Source: an uncultured Gemmatimonadales bacterium (GTDB lineage: Bacteria > Gemmatimonadota > Gemmatimonadetes > Longimicrobiales > Gaopeijiaceae). From it: DNA of 64,000 nt. The notes under the pieces are model-generated. The model was not told the DNA's origin. It saw only the letters and a list, made by a program, of their open reading frames with translations, and did not search any database. The position numbers and the translations under genes are program-made. The stretch's first letter is position 1. Each line of letters begins with the position of its first letter. The stretch is taken from positions 224,001 to 288,000 of the forward strand of contig CAWGKG010000014.1 of NCBI GenBank assembly GCA_963823035.1, in the 5' to 3' direction. This document shows positions 9,534 through 18,614 of this stretch, piece by piece.

Positions 9534-12188
9534 CTACTCCTCCCGCAGCACGACGGCCGGATCCAGCCGGGACGCACGCCGCGCAGGCAGCCAGCACGCG
9601 AGGAGGGCGACGCTGCCGAGCAGCGCCACCACCAGGAGGTAGTCGGTCGGAGCGAGCCGCCCTCCCTCGCTCAGCGTGTGGACCTCGGTTCGCCCCGCGC
9701 CGCCGAGGAAGGCGGCGAGGCCGCGGGTGAGAGCGGCCGCACCCCCGACGCCGATCAGGAGGCCGAGAGCCACCAGCTTCACCCCCTGGCGCAACACCAC
9801 CGCGCGGACGCCGGCGGCCCCCGCGCCCAGAGCCATGCGGATGCCCAGCTCCCGCGTGCTGCGCCGGACCGTGTAGGACACGACCCCGTAGATGCCGAGC
9901 ACGGCGAGCAGCAGCCCGACGCCGGCGAACGCGCCCACCACCAGCGGTCCCATCCGCTCCGAGGTGTACGTCTCGTGGACCAGGTCCGGGAGCGTCACCA
10001 CCCGCTCGATCGGTTGATCCGGATCGACGGCCCACACCAGCGGACGGATCCGCCCGGCCACGCCGCCCACCGGCCCGTCCGTCCGCACCACCACGTAGAA
10101 CCGCGCGGACGCGGCGGCCGTGGAGGGGAGATACCACGTATCCGCCAGCTCCCACTCCTCGCGCACCTGGGCCACCACGCCGATCACGCGCAGCCATGTG
10201 GTCTCCTCGCCTGCCATCCCGGAGCGCACGCGACGGCCGACCGGATCCTGGCCCGGCCAGTAGTGCTCCGCGGCGGACGCGCTCAGGACGACCACCGGGT
10301 CCCGGTCGCGGATCTCCGCCGCGGTCGGCGCGCGTCCCTCCAGGAGGTGCATCCCCATCGTCTCGAAGTAGTCCGGGCCGATCCCCCGCATGTTGGTGAG
10401 CACGAGCTGGTCGCGCTCGCTGGCGGGGCCGCCCTCGGCCGAGACCGCGCGCGTCACCGATCCGTCGGTCACGGGGAGGTGGTTCACCCACGACACGCTC
10501 GCCACCCCGGGTTCGGCGCCGAGGCGGCCGGCCACCTCCTCGAGGAAGCGGAAGGAGGCGTCGGTGTCGCGCGCCCGGTCCGCCGGGAGCGTGAGGCTCG
10601 CGATGATCCGGTGCTCCGTGCCGTAACCCGGGTTCGACGCCTGCATGCGGGCGTAGTCGCGAACCAGGAGGGTGGCGCCCGCGAGGAGCACCACGGACAG
10701 CGCCACCTCGGCCACCACGAGCGATCGCCGGGCCAGTCCGGCCCCGTCCCCGCTGCGGCCGCCGTCGCGCAGGTCGTCCATGGGATCCACGCGCAGCATG
10801 CGCAGCGCCGGGACGACGCCGAAGAGGACGGACGTGACCGCGGTCGAGAGGAGGGCGAAGCCCAGCACGCGCCCGTCCAGGCGCAGGTCGGTGAAGAACG
10901 CACCGAGGCTGGAGTCCGCCGGGACGCTCAGCGCCGCCATCGGCCGCAGGAGCGACGATGCGACGAGGATGCCGAGCCCGGCGCCCACGATCGCCATCAT
11001 CAAGCTCTCGAGCACCAGCCGGCGCGCATGATCCCCGCGCGAGGCACCCAGGGCCGTGTGCACCGCCCGCTCCCGTCGCGTCGACACCGCCCTGGCCAGC
11101 AGGAGGCTGGCCATGTTCGCGCACGCGATGAGGAGGAGGAAGGCCACGGCGCCGAGCAGCACCCACCCGAAGCGCGGCTGGTTGCCGAGGAGGTCGACGC
11201 GCTGCGACACCGCGAGGAAGCGGATCGCCCGATGGGTGTCCGGATACGCCTCCGCGGCCCGCGCGCTCACCACGTCCAGCGCACGCTGCGTGGACGCCAT
11301 GTCCTCCCCGGGACGCAGGCGAGCGGCCACGTTCGGGCCGGAGGCGGCGCTGGTGGGGTCGAAGTCGTCCGGGATCCACAGCTGCGAGCCGTACGGGTAG
11401 TTGAAGCGTGGAGGCATGACCCCCACCACCGTGTACGGCTCCCCGTCGAGCGCCACCGTGGCGCCGATCGCTCCCGCGCTGCCGCCGAACCGCCGCTGCC
11501 AGAGGGCGTGGCCCAGGAGGACCACGCGGGCGTCCCGTCCCGCGGCCTCCTCCTCGGCGGTGAAGTCCCGTCCCAGGACCGGGGCGACCTGGAGCGTCTC
11601 CACCCAGTCGCGCGACACGCCGATCCCCACCACGGAGACGGGCTCCTCTCCCTCTCCCGTCAGGTGGAAGGTCCGGTAGCGCTGCGCCGTGATCGACGCG
11701 AAGACGCCGCTCTCGCGCAGCACGTGGTACGAGCGCGCCGAGGTGTTGTACAGCCACGGCGCGCCGTCCGGCCGCACGGTCGCGTCGCGCATCCGGACGA
11801 GTCGCTCGCCGTCGCCGAAGGGGAGCGGCCGGAACACGAGCGCGTCCACCAGGGAGTAGACCGCGGTGTTCGCACCGATACCCAGAGCGAGGGTGACCAC
11901 CACGACGGCGGGGAGGAGCGGCCTGCGGCGCAGCGAGCGCAGGGCGAGCTTGAGATCGCGGCGCCAGCCGGCGCGCCGCTCGGCGCGCCGTCGCCTGCGC
12001 GCGCGTCGAGCCTCGCCACGCGCCATGAAGTCCACCGCCTCCTCGACGTCGCCGAACTCGGAACGGGCGCGCTCCCGCGCCTCCTCGGGCGACAGGCCCT
12101 CCCGCTCGAGGTCCTCCGCGCGCATGTCCAGGTGGACGCCGATCTCCTCCCTCGCCTCGCGCCGCTCCTTGTCCCCCCTCGGATTCAT
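9534..12188 (-). CDS. Duplicated orphan ABC permease (ADOP type, MacB/FtsX-like)
   Basis: Permease prefix domain, LALGIGANTA, LLLIACAN, REIGIRMALGA-like motif and PARRASRLDP; overlaps the padR stop (ATGA). Confidence 0.9.
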   Translation of the reverse strand: MNPRGDKERREAREEIGVHLDMRAEDLEREGLSPEEARERARSEFGDVEEAVDFMARGEARRARRRRRAERRAGWRRDLKLALRSLRRRPLLPAVVVVTLALGIGANTAVYSLVDALVFRPLPFGDGERLVRMRDATVRPDGAPWLYNTSARSYHVLRESGVFASITAQRYRTFHLTGEGEEPVSVVGIGVSRDWVETLQVAPVLGRDFTAEEEAAGRDARVVLLGHALWQRRFGGSAGAIGATVALDGEPYTVVGVMPPRFNYPYGSQLWIPDDFDPTSAASGPNVAARLRPGEDMASTQRALDVVSARAAEAYPDTHRAIRFLAVSQRVDLLGNQPRFGWVLLGAVAFLLLIACANMASLLLARAVSTRRERAVHTALGASRGDHARRLVLESLMMAIVGAGLGILVASSLLRPMAALSVPADSSLGAFFTDLRLDGRVLGFALLSTAVTSVLFGVVPALRMLRVDPMDDLRDGGRSGDGAGLARRSLVVAEVALSVVLLAGATLLVRDYARMQASNPGYGTEHRIIASLTLPADRARDTDASFRFLEEVAGRLGAEPGVASVSWVNHLPVTDGSVTRAVSAEGGPASERDQLVLTNMRGIGPDYFETMGMHLLEGRAPTAAEIRDRDPVVVLSASAAEHYWPGQDPVGRRVRSGMAGEETTWLRVIGVVAQVREEWELADTWYLPSTAAASARFYVVVRTDGPVGGVAGRIRPLVWAVDPDQPIERVVTLPDLVHETYTSERMGPLVVGAFAGVGLLLAVLGIYGVVSYTVRRSTRELGIRMALGAGAAGVRAVVLRQGVKLVALGLLIGVGGAAALTRGLAAFLGGAGRTEVHTLSEGGRLAPTDYLLVVALLGSVALLACWLPARRASRLDPAVVLREE

Positions 12189-12532
12189 CCCGCACCCTCC
12201 TCGCCCGTCTCCAGGACACGCCCCACGGCCCGCGCGAACGTCTGCCAGACGTCCGCCTCGACCTCGAGCGCGCGGCGCCCCTCGGAGGTCAGCTCGTAGT
12301 ACTTCGCGCGCCGCCCGCGCTCCGACACCCCCCACTCCGCGCGAACCCACCCGCGATCCGCCTGGCGATGGAGCGCCTTGTAGAGCGCGGTGTCCTCGAT
12401 CGTCAGGACACCCTCCGTCCGCTCCCGCACCCACCGCGAGATGGCATACCCGTGGCGCGGCTCGCCCTGGAGGCTCTTCAGCACCAGCGCGTCGAGTGAG
12501 CCGCTCAGAAGATCCTGCGGGCTCTTCGTCAC
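12185..12532 (-). CDS. PadR family transcriptional regulator
   Basis: LL.GSLD.LVLK.L...PRHGY, LYKALHR, WG.SE..RRAKYY.LT. Confidence 0.92.
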   Translation of the reverse strand: MTKSPQDLLSGSLDALVLKSLQGEPRHGYAISRWVRERTEGVLTIEDTALYKALHRQADRGWVRAEWGVSERGRRAKYYELTSEGRRALEVEADVWQTFARAVGRVLETGEEGAG

Positions 12533-12695
12533 ACTTTCCTCCGTCGGTCACGTGGCTTGTCCACACCTGGTGTGGTCAATCTATCCCGATCGAGGCTCCC
12601 GGCGCCAGGCTGGCATATATAGTTGCCTGAGGCAAGTTACTTGATGCATACTGACAACCAAGCCTGTCGCACCAACCCGGCGAAGGAGCGTTCTC

Positions 12696-13829
12696 ATGCC
12701 CGTGCACGAAGGCACCTCCCGGCCACCGCTGGACCTCGAGGGGCTGGTCGAGGCGCTCGCGGAGCCACGGGTCGCTCCGCAGGAGTCCTGGCGCGCGATC
12801 GTCGTGCACCTGGAGCCCGGGGAGTACGACGCCTTCGCGTCCCTCTGCGACGCGCACCACGTCCGACGCATCGACCCGCTCGACCGCCAGCTCGCGGACC
12901 TCGGCGCGGTGCGCCTACCCGGGGGTGGCGAGTCCGAACGTCACGCGTTCGTCGCCGAGCTCCTCGGGAGAGCCGGAGGAAGGGAGGCGTTCGGCAACTG
13001 GGTCTACGTCCCGTGGGAGGCCAAGGTCGTTCACCTCCTCGCGGCGGACGACTACTTCGACGTGATCACCGACCGCAATCGCGACAAGGTCACGCGGGAG
13101 GAGCAGCAGCTCCTGCGTACGCGGCGGGTGGGGGTGATCGGGCTGTCCGTGGGGGGTGAGGCGGCGGTCACCCTCGCCCAGGAGCACCTCTGCGGCAAGA
13201 TCGTCCTGGCCGATTTCGATCGCCTCGATCTGTCGAACCTCAACCGCCTCGGCGCCGGCTTCGACGACCTCGGCCAGAACAAGGCGGTCCTGGTGGCACG
13301 CCGCGTCGCGAAGCTCGACCCGTACCTCGACGTGACGCTGTACCCCGAGGGCGTGACCCTCGACGACGTGGACGCCTTCCTGGACGGCCTCGATCTCCTG
13401 GTCGAGGAATGCGACGGCCTCTCCATCAAGCTCGAGATCCGTCGGCGGGCGCGCGCGCGCAGGTTGAACCTCGTGTTCGCCGCGGACGAGCGCGGGTTCC
13501 TGAGCGTGGAGCCCTACGGGCACCATCCCGAGCTACGTCCCTTCCACGGACGCATCGATGAACCCCAGGGTCCGCGGGAGTCCTACCCGACGCCGCTGGC
13601 GTTCATGAAGGACCTGACCGAGTGGATGGGCGGATGGGACCAGATCTCGGACCGGTCCCGCCGCTCCCTGGAGAAGCTCGGCACCGAACTGTGCGGCTAC
13701 CCGCAGCTGGCCAGCGAGGCGCGCTACGCCGCCGGGCAGATCGGGCACGTCGCACGGCGCCTGCTCCTCGGCGAACGCCTCCCACCCTACTTCGGCCATC
13801 TCGATCTGGACGAGCTGCTACCGGGCTGA
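12696..13829 (+). CDS. ThiF/E1-like adenylyltransferase (Rv1355c/MoeY-like N-terminal module)
   Basis: WVYVPW...VH, RNRDKVTREEQ, GVIGLSVG, ADFDRLDLSNLNR, NKA, EECD and PQLAS motifs. Confidence 0.85.
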   Translation: MPVHEGTSRPPLDLEGLVEALAEPRVAPQESWRAIVVHLEPGEYDAFASLCDAHHVRRIDPLDRQLADLGAVRLPGGGESERHAFVAELLGRAGGREAFGNWVYVPWEAKVVHLLAADDYFDVITDRNRDKVTREEQQLLRTRRVGVIGLSVGGEAAVTLAQEHLCGKIVLADFDRLDLSNLNRLGAGFDDLGQNKAVLVARRVAKLDPYLDVTLYPEGVTLDDVDAFLDGLDLLVEECDGLSIKLEIRRRARARRLNLVFAADERGFLSVEPYGHHPELRPFHGRIDEPQGPRESYPTPLAFMKDLTEWMGGWDQISDRSRRSLEKLGTELCGYPQLASEARYAAGQIGHVARRLLLGERLPPYFGHLDLDELLPG

Positions 13830-14002
13830 GGCGGTCGCCCGCCGCGCTCGAACGACCGCACCTTCCACCTGCACGCCCTTGTTGGAGGCTCGGCACCGTC
13901 GCATTAGATAGGAGCCGAGCCTCCAGCCCCCCTGGAAGATCCGCACGCAGGTCCGCCCCCGGCGGGACGGCGGGCCTTCGGTCCGGGAAAAGGAGGGGGA
14001 CG

Positions 14003-16879
14003 ATGTACCAGGAATACGACGCCGCACACGCCGCCTACGTCACCCGGGACGCGCAGGGGATCGCGCGGGAGATCTCCCACCGCCAGCGGCCCTTCCGGGC
14101 GGACGTCCACACACCCCAGATGCTGGCCCAGGCCTACCTGGAGCGGCACCGCGACCTCCTCGGGATCCGGCCGGAGTCGCTCACGAGCCTGAGCCTGCCG
14201 CCCGAGGCCGAGCCCGTCGACGCCGAAGTCGAGTACCGGCTCCTCGAGGAGAAGGCCTTCGGGGAGCTCGTCACGGTGGCCTACTACCAGACCTACTTCG
14301 GTCTTCCCGTGTGGGAGGCCGGCCTGGCGGTCCACCAGAAGCGAGACCCCCACGAGGTCCTCAGCTCGACCTCCTCGGCGCACGAGGACATGACCGTGAG
14401 GAAGCCGAAGGCCGCATCCCTTCGGCGATTCCGGAAGCTGACCCCGAAGGCGCTCGTCGGGATCCTCGAGCTCCCCTCGAAGGGGAAGGACGACGCCTAC
14501 GATCTCGAGTCGCTCCGCGTCAACCGCACCCGCCTCATCATCTACCGCTACGTCGCGGCGAAGAGGCTTCCGCACGGAGGGCCGAGGGACGACGTCAAGG
14601 ATCCCGCCTTCCCGCACGCATCCCCCTCCCTCCCGGTCCCTCCCCCCGACAAGGGGATCAAGGAGGGCAACCACTACGTGGCGGCGGAGATCCTCTTCAC
14701 GCTCGCCACCGCGCGCTGGGGCACGCTGAACTGGATCGCCATCGTCGAGGTGGACACCGGCTCGGTGCTGTACCTGAGGGCGCTGGTCGACAACGTGGAC
14801 GGGATGGTGTACATGGCCGATCCCTCGTCCCAGGCGAGCGCGGCCGCGCCGAGCGCGAACAACGCGACGCTGAACCCCCTGCGCACCTCGGTCACGCTGC
14901 AGGGGCTCGCGGCGCCCGCCGGCGGCAACCAGTCCCTGGCGGGCAACTTCGTGCAGGTGAGCGACCACGAGGCGCCCGTGGTGGCGCCGCCGACGCAACC
15001 CGTCGGGAGCAACTTCAACTACAGCGTGCGCACCAACAACTTCGCCGCCGTCAACTGCTACCATCACGCCGACGGCGTCTTCCGCCTGATCCAGGACCTC
15101 GGGTTCACGATCAGCAACTACTTCGACGGCACCACCTTCCCCGTCAGCATCGACCACCGGGGTCGCTTCGGGTCGACGGACGGGATCGAGATCAACGCGT
15201 CCTGCGGGGGGAACGCCACCAGCAACGGCATCGGCCTGCCGGACTTCGAGCTGGCGGACCTCACCGACACCACCAACCCCCTCGGCATCGCCGCGGACCG
15301 CCGTGTGGTCATGCACGAGCTGTTCGGGCACGGCATCCTCTGGGACCACGTGAACTCGGCCAACTTCGGCTTCGGGCACAGTGCCGGAGACAGCTTCGCG
15401 GCGATCCTGAACGACCCCGACTCCCAGGCCGCCGACCGCTTCCTGACCTTCCCCTGGCTCACGACCAGCCGGCGCCACGATCGCGCGGTGGCCAGCGGCT
15501 TCGGATGGAGCGGCTCCATCGCCCTCAACCCCTTCGACTCCGTCCTCGACTCGGGCGGATACCAGAACGAGCAGATCCTCTCCACCACCATGTTCCGCAT
15601 CTACCGCTCCCTGGGCGGAGACTCGAGCCAGGGTCGCGAGACGCGCCGCTTCGCGGCCCGCTACGTGGCCTACCTCATGCTCCGGGCGGTGGCCACCCTG
15701 ACGCCGGCGACCAACCCCGCGGCCGGGTCCGGCTTCGCGAGCGCGCTGCTCACGGCGGACGGTGTCGACTGGACCAGCGAGGGCCACGCGGGAGGTGCCT
15801 ACGGCAAGGTCATCCGCTGGGCCTTCGAGCAGCAGGGGATGTACCAGCCCGCCGGCACGGTGACGCCCAACAACAACGAAGGCGCGCCGCCCGCGGTGGA
15901 CGTCTACATCGACGACACCCGGCAGGGCGAGTACGCGTATCTCGCCAACCACTGGAGCTGCCAGAAGATCTGGAACCGCCTGGCCGCCGACGGCGGAGCG
16001 GCGCACGAGACGCCCATCGTGGGCGTGAGCAACTACGCCTACGTGAAGATCAAGAACCGCGGGAGCCAGACGGCCACCAACGTGGTGGTGAAGGGGTTCC
16101 ACTGTCAGCCGGCCACCGGGCTGATCTGGCCCAGCGACTGGCAGGCCATGACCACGGCGCAGCTCGCCGCGCCCGACGTGGCCCCCAACGACGCGAGCGA
16201 GATCACGGTGGGGCCCTTCGAGTGGGTGCCCGTGCAGCCCGATCACGAGTGCATGCTCATGATCGTCTCCGCGGACGGCGACCCCAGCAACATCGACAAC
16301 TTCAGCGGAGGCGACTCGATTCCCGAGTGGCGCCTCGTTCCGCACGACAACAACGTCGGCCAGCGGAACGTGGCTCCCGTGCCCGGTGGCGGAGGGTTCC
16401 GCGGGCTCATCGCCGCCTTCGCCGACCGCCACTTCGTGGCCCGCAACCCCCATCGCGAGCTGGCGAAGGTCGTGTTGCGGCCCAAGCTGCCGAAGCTGCT
16501 CGTGGAGCGCGGGTGGGAGATCTACTTCGACAATCCCGGGGGTGGCGCCTTCACCCTCGCCCCCGGTCAGAGCCGTGACATCGTCGTCAAGCTCCGGCCC
16601 GGCGCGGACTTCTCGGCCGAGGACGTCGCGAAGGCGGAGGACCCGGCCCTCCACGTCGAGGTCCTGGCCAACGGCATCCTCGTGGGCGGCATGTCCTACG
16701 AGCTCGACCCCAAGCTCCACGAGCCCGCGCCCGAGTTCCCGAAAGGAAGACCCGGAGCGTGCAGGGACAGGGCGAAGGAGCTCCTCGATTGCCTCGACCT
16801 CCCGGTGGACGGCGTCCGGTGCGTCCGCATCCGGAAGATCACCGTGGACATCGAGCTGGGGGACGACCGCGACTGCTGA
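14003..16879 (+). CDS. Large zinc metallopeptidase (M36/M4-like) with propeptide-like N-terminus and beta-sandwich C-terminus
   Basis: AGGAGG RBS; FAAVNCYHH; VMHELFGH..GFGHSAGDSFA; C-terminal YVKIKNRG...NNVGQRNV; no obvious signal peptide. Confidence 0.7.
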   Translation: MYQEYDAAHAAYVTRDAQGIAREISHRQRPFRADVHTPQMLAQAYLERHRDLLGIRPESLTSLSLPPEAEPVDAEVEYRLLEEKAFGELVTVAYYQTYFGLPVWEAGLAVHQKRDPHEVLSSTSSAHEDMTVRKPKAASLRRFRKLTPKALVGILELPSKGKDDAYDLESLRVNRTRLIIYRYVAAKRLPHGGPRDDVKDPAFPHASPSLPVPPPDKGIKEGNHYVAAEILFTLATARWGTLNWIAIVEVDTGSVLYLRALVDNVDGMVYMADPSSQASAAAPSANNATLNPLRTSVTLQGLAAPAGGNQSLAGNFVQVSDHEAPVVAPPTQPVGSNFNYSVRTNNFAAVNCYHHADGVFRLIQDLGFTISNYFDGTTFPVSIDHRGRFGSTDGIEINASCGGNATSNGIGLPDFELADLTDTTNPLGIAADRRVVMHELFGHGILWDHVNSANFGFGHSAGDSFAAILNDPDSQAADRFLTFPWLTTSRRHDRAVASGFGWSGSIALNPFDSVLDSGGYQNEQILSTTMFRIYRSLGGDSSQGRETRRFAARYVAYLMLRAVATLTPATNPAAGSGFASALLTADGVDWTSEGHAGGAYGKVIRWAFEQQGMYQPAGTVTPNNNEGAPPAVDVYIDDTRQGEYAYLANHWSCQKIWNRLAADGGAAHETPIVGVSNYAYVKIKNRGSQTATNVVVKGFHCQPATGLIWPSDWQAMTTAQLAAPDVAPNDASEITVGPFEWVPVQPDHECMLMIVSADGDPSNIDNFSGGDSIPEWRLVPHDNNVGQRNVAPVPGGGGFRGLIAAFADRHFVARNPHRELAKVVLRPKLPKLLVERGWEIYFDNPGGGAFTLAPGQSRDIVVKLRPGADFSAEDVAKAEDPALHVEVLANGILVGGMSYELDPKLHEPAPEFPKGRPGACRDRAKELLDCLDLPVDGVRCVRIRKITVDIELGDDRDC

Positions 16880-16901
16880 GGCCGATCCGGCATCGAAAGG
16901 G

Positions 16902-16935
16902 CCGCGCCCGCCTCCCGGATGGGGGGCGGGCGCGG
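16902..16935. terminator. GC-rich hairpin between convergent genes
   Basis: CCGCGCCCGCCTCCC-GGAT-GGGGGGCGGGCGCGG, a 15-bp stem with one G:T. Confidence 0.6.
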
Positions 16936-16949
16936 GGTGCTCGGCTTCG

Positions 16950-17570
16950 TTACGCTCCGGCCAGCATCCCGGCCACCCACTCCACCATCCGCCCGAACGC
17001 GGCGCCAGGGCCCTCGGGATCGGAGGACAGCGACCAGCCCGCGACCGTCACCCCCGACCCCGCCAGGAGCAGGAACAGACCGAGCACACGACCGGGCAAC
17101 CGCTCCCACCAGGACGTGGAGACGTCGGCCCACCCCCACCGGGAGATCAGCAGGCCCAGGCCTCCTACGGCGGCCCAGATTCCGAAGACCATGACGGCCT
17201 CGCCAGGCCGGGCCGCGAGCCCGTCCCACAGCGCGTCGCCCCGGCCCAGCGCCATCGCGAGGCCGGCGCCCACCATCAACAGCCCGGGAACGAGGAACGT
17301 CACACCGAACAGGACGGCCGCGACGCCCGAGTGGAGCTTGACCAGGTAGCTTCGCTGGAAGCCCCCGGCCGTGCGGTGCCGGCGCGTGACCATGCTGTGC
17401 ACGCCTCCGAGGATCGCCGCGACCCCGAACGAAGCGACCGCGCCCCCGACGAACGGCCCGCCCAACCTCAGGCCGAGGGCGCCGAGGCCGGCCCCCAACA
17501 GAACGAAGACCATCGCGATCTTCGCCGTCGTGCCCAACTCGCCCGACGTGCCTCCGCCGGAATGTGCCAT
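16950..17570 (-). CDS. Hypothetical membrane protein
   Basis: 206 aa with about five hydrophobic segments; GGAGG upstream. Confidence 0.7.
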   Translation of the reverse strand: MAHSGGGTSGELGTTAKIAMVFVLLGAGLGALGLRLGGPFVGGAVASFGVAAILGGVHSMVTRRHRTAGGFQRSYLVKLHSGVAAVLFGVTFLVPGLLMVGAGLAMALGRGDALWDGLAARPGEAVMVFGIWAAVGGLGLLISRWGWADVSTSWWERLPGRVLGLFLLLAGSGVTVAGWSLSSDPEGPGAAFGRMVEWVAGMLAGA

Positions 17571-17806
17571 GTCTCACCTCCGGTGTCTCCTGGACCACTT
17601 CCATGGCCTCCGCCACCAGCTTGCGAATATCGCCTGCCACCTCGGTGATCGCCTCCCCCTCTGCTTCCCCCAGAACGCCATAGGCCCGAAGGCTACGGGG
17701 CGAGAGCTCGGACAGCGCGATGTCGGAGAAGAGGAGCGCGGTGCGCACCGCCCACCCGCCTGCCCCGCCCCCCGGCACCCGAAAGCCACCCTCGTCCGGT
17801 CGGCGA

Positions 17807-18487
17807 TCAACGCACCTGGAAGGTGATCGGAAAGGACACCCAGACCGGGACCCTGGTATCCCGGTTCAGCGCCGGCGAGAAACGGTACACGTCCGCGACC
17901 TGGAGGGCCGCCTCGTCCAGGGCCTGATGCCCGGAGCTCTGGTCGATGCGCGTGTCCCGAACGACGCCGTTCTCGTCGATGAAGAAGTAGACCCGAACGG
18001 TACCACCGATGCCGGCGTCGCGGAGCAGCGGCGGGTACACGCGCGTCATGGCGCGCACGACCTCGTCGACGTTGAGAATCGAGGGCGCGACGGTGAAGGG
18101 CGTGAATCTCGGGCCCTCGGACACGTCCTCCGCGACCTGCGCACGGGGCGGCGGCAGCTCCGCGACCGGGTTCTGGTCGAAGGTCGTGGGTGGAATCGTG
18201 AAGCTGTCGTCGATGATCGTCTGAGCGACCACGGGCGCCGCGGGGCGGACGAGGCGGGCCGGCTCGGGAGGGATCTCGATCTCCGGCGGCAGCTCGATGG
18301 CGGTGAGCCCCGGGCCACCCACGGCGAGCTCTGCCGCCCTGAGCTCGGGCCACAGGGCGAAGATCGCGAAGTGGACCACCGTCGCGAGGATCATGGAGGC
18401 CCAGAACCAGGACCTGAACGACGCCTTCAGGCGGTCGTTGGCGACGGGAGGGAAGGCGACTCCGGCCGAAGCGTGTGCGATGTCCAT
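17807..18487 (-). CDS. Energy transducer TonB
   Basis: N-terminal TM with HF, Pro-rich linker and C-terminal YPPLLRDAGIGGTV...SSG...LDEAAL...FSPA domain. Confidence 0.9.
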   Translation of the reverse strand: MDIAHASAGVAFPPVANDRLKASFRSWFWASMILATVVHFAIFALWPELRAAELAVGGPGLTAIELPPEIEIPPEPARLVRPAAPVVAQTIIDDSFTIPPTTFDQNPVAELPPPRAQVAEDVSEGPRFTPFTVAPSILNVDEVVRAMTRVYPPLLRDAGIGGTVRVYFFIDENGVVRDTRIDQSSGHQALDEAALQVADVYRFSPALNRDTRVPVWVSFPITFQVR

Positions 18488-18614
18488 CGTGCCTCCTTCG
18501 AATTCCGCTGGATGTGGCGCTCATGCCCGCCTCCTGCCACGACGCGGGCTGCTCCTGGGAATTCGACGTATCAGCGCGAGAGGTTTGCACAGCGGTACGG
18601 GATTCCACCGCGGA

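Noticed and set aside
13904..16720. Long antisense and alternate-frame ORFs (this one, 9678..12299, 9124..12219, 19647..21860 and others)
   Set aside because: Shadow ORFs expected at high GC; Arg/Gly/Pro-rich with no motifs, and overlapping well-supported genes.
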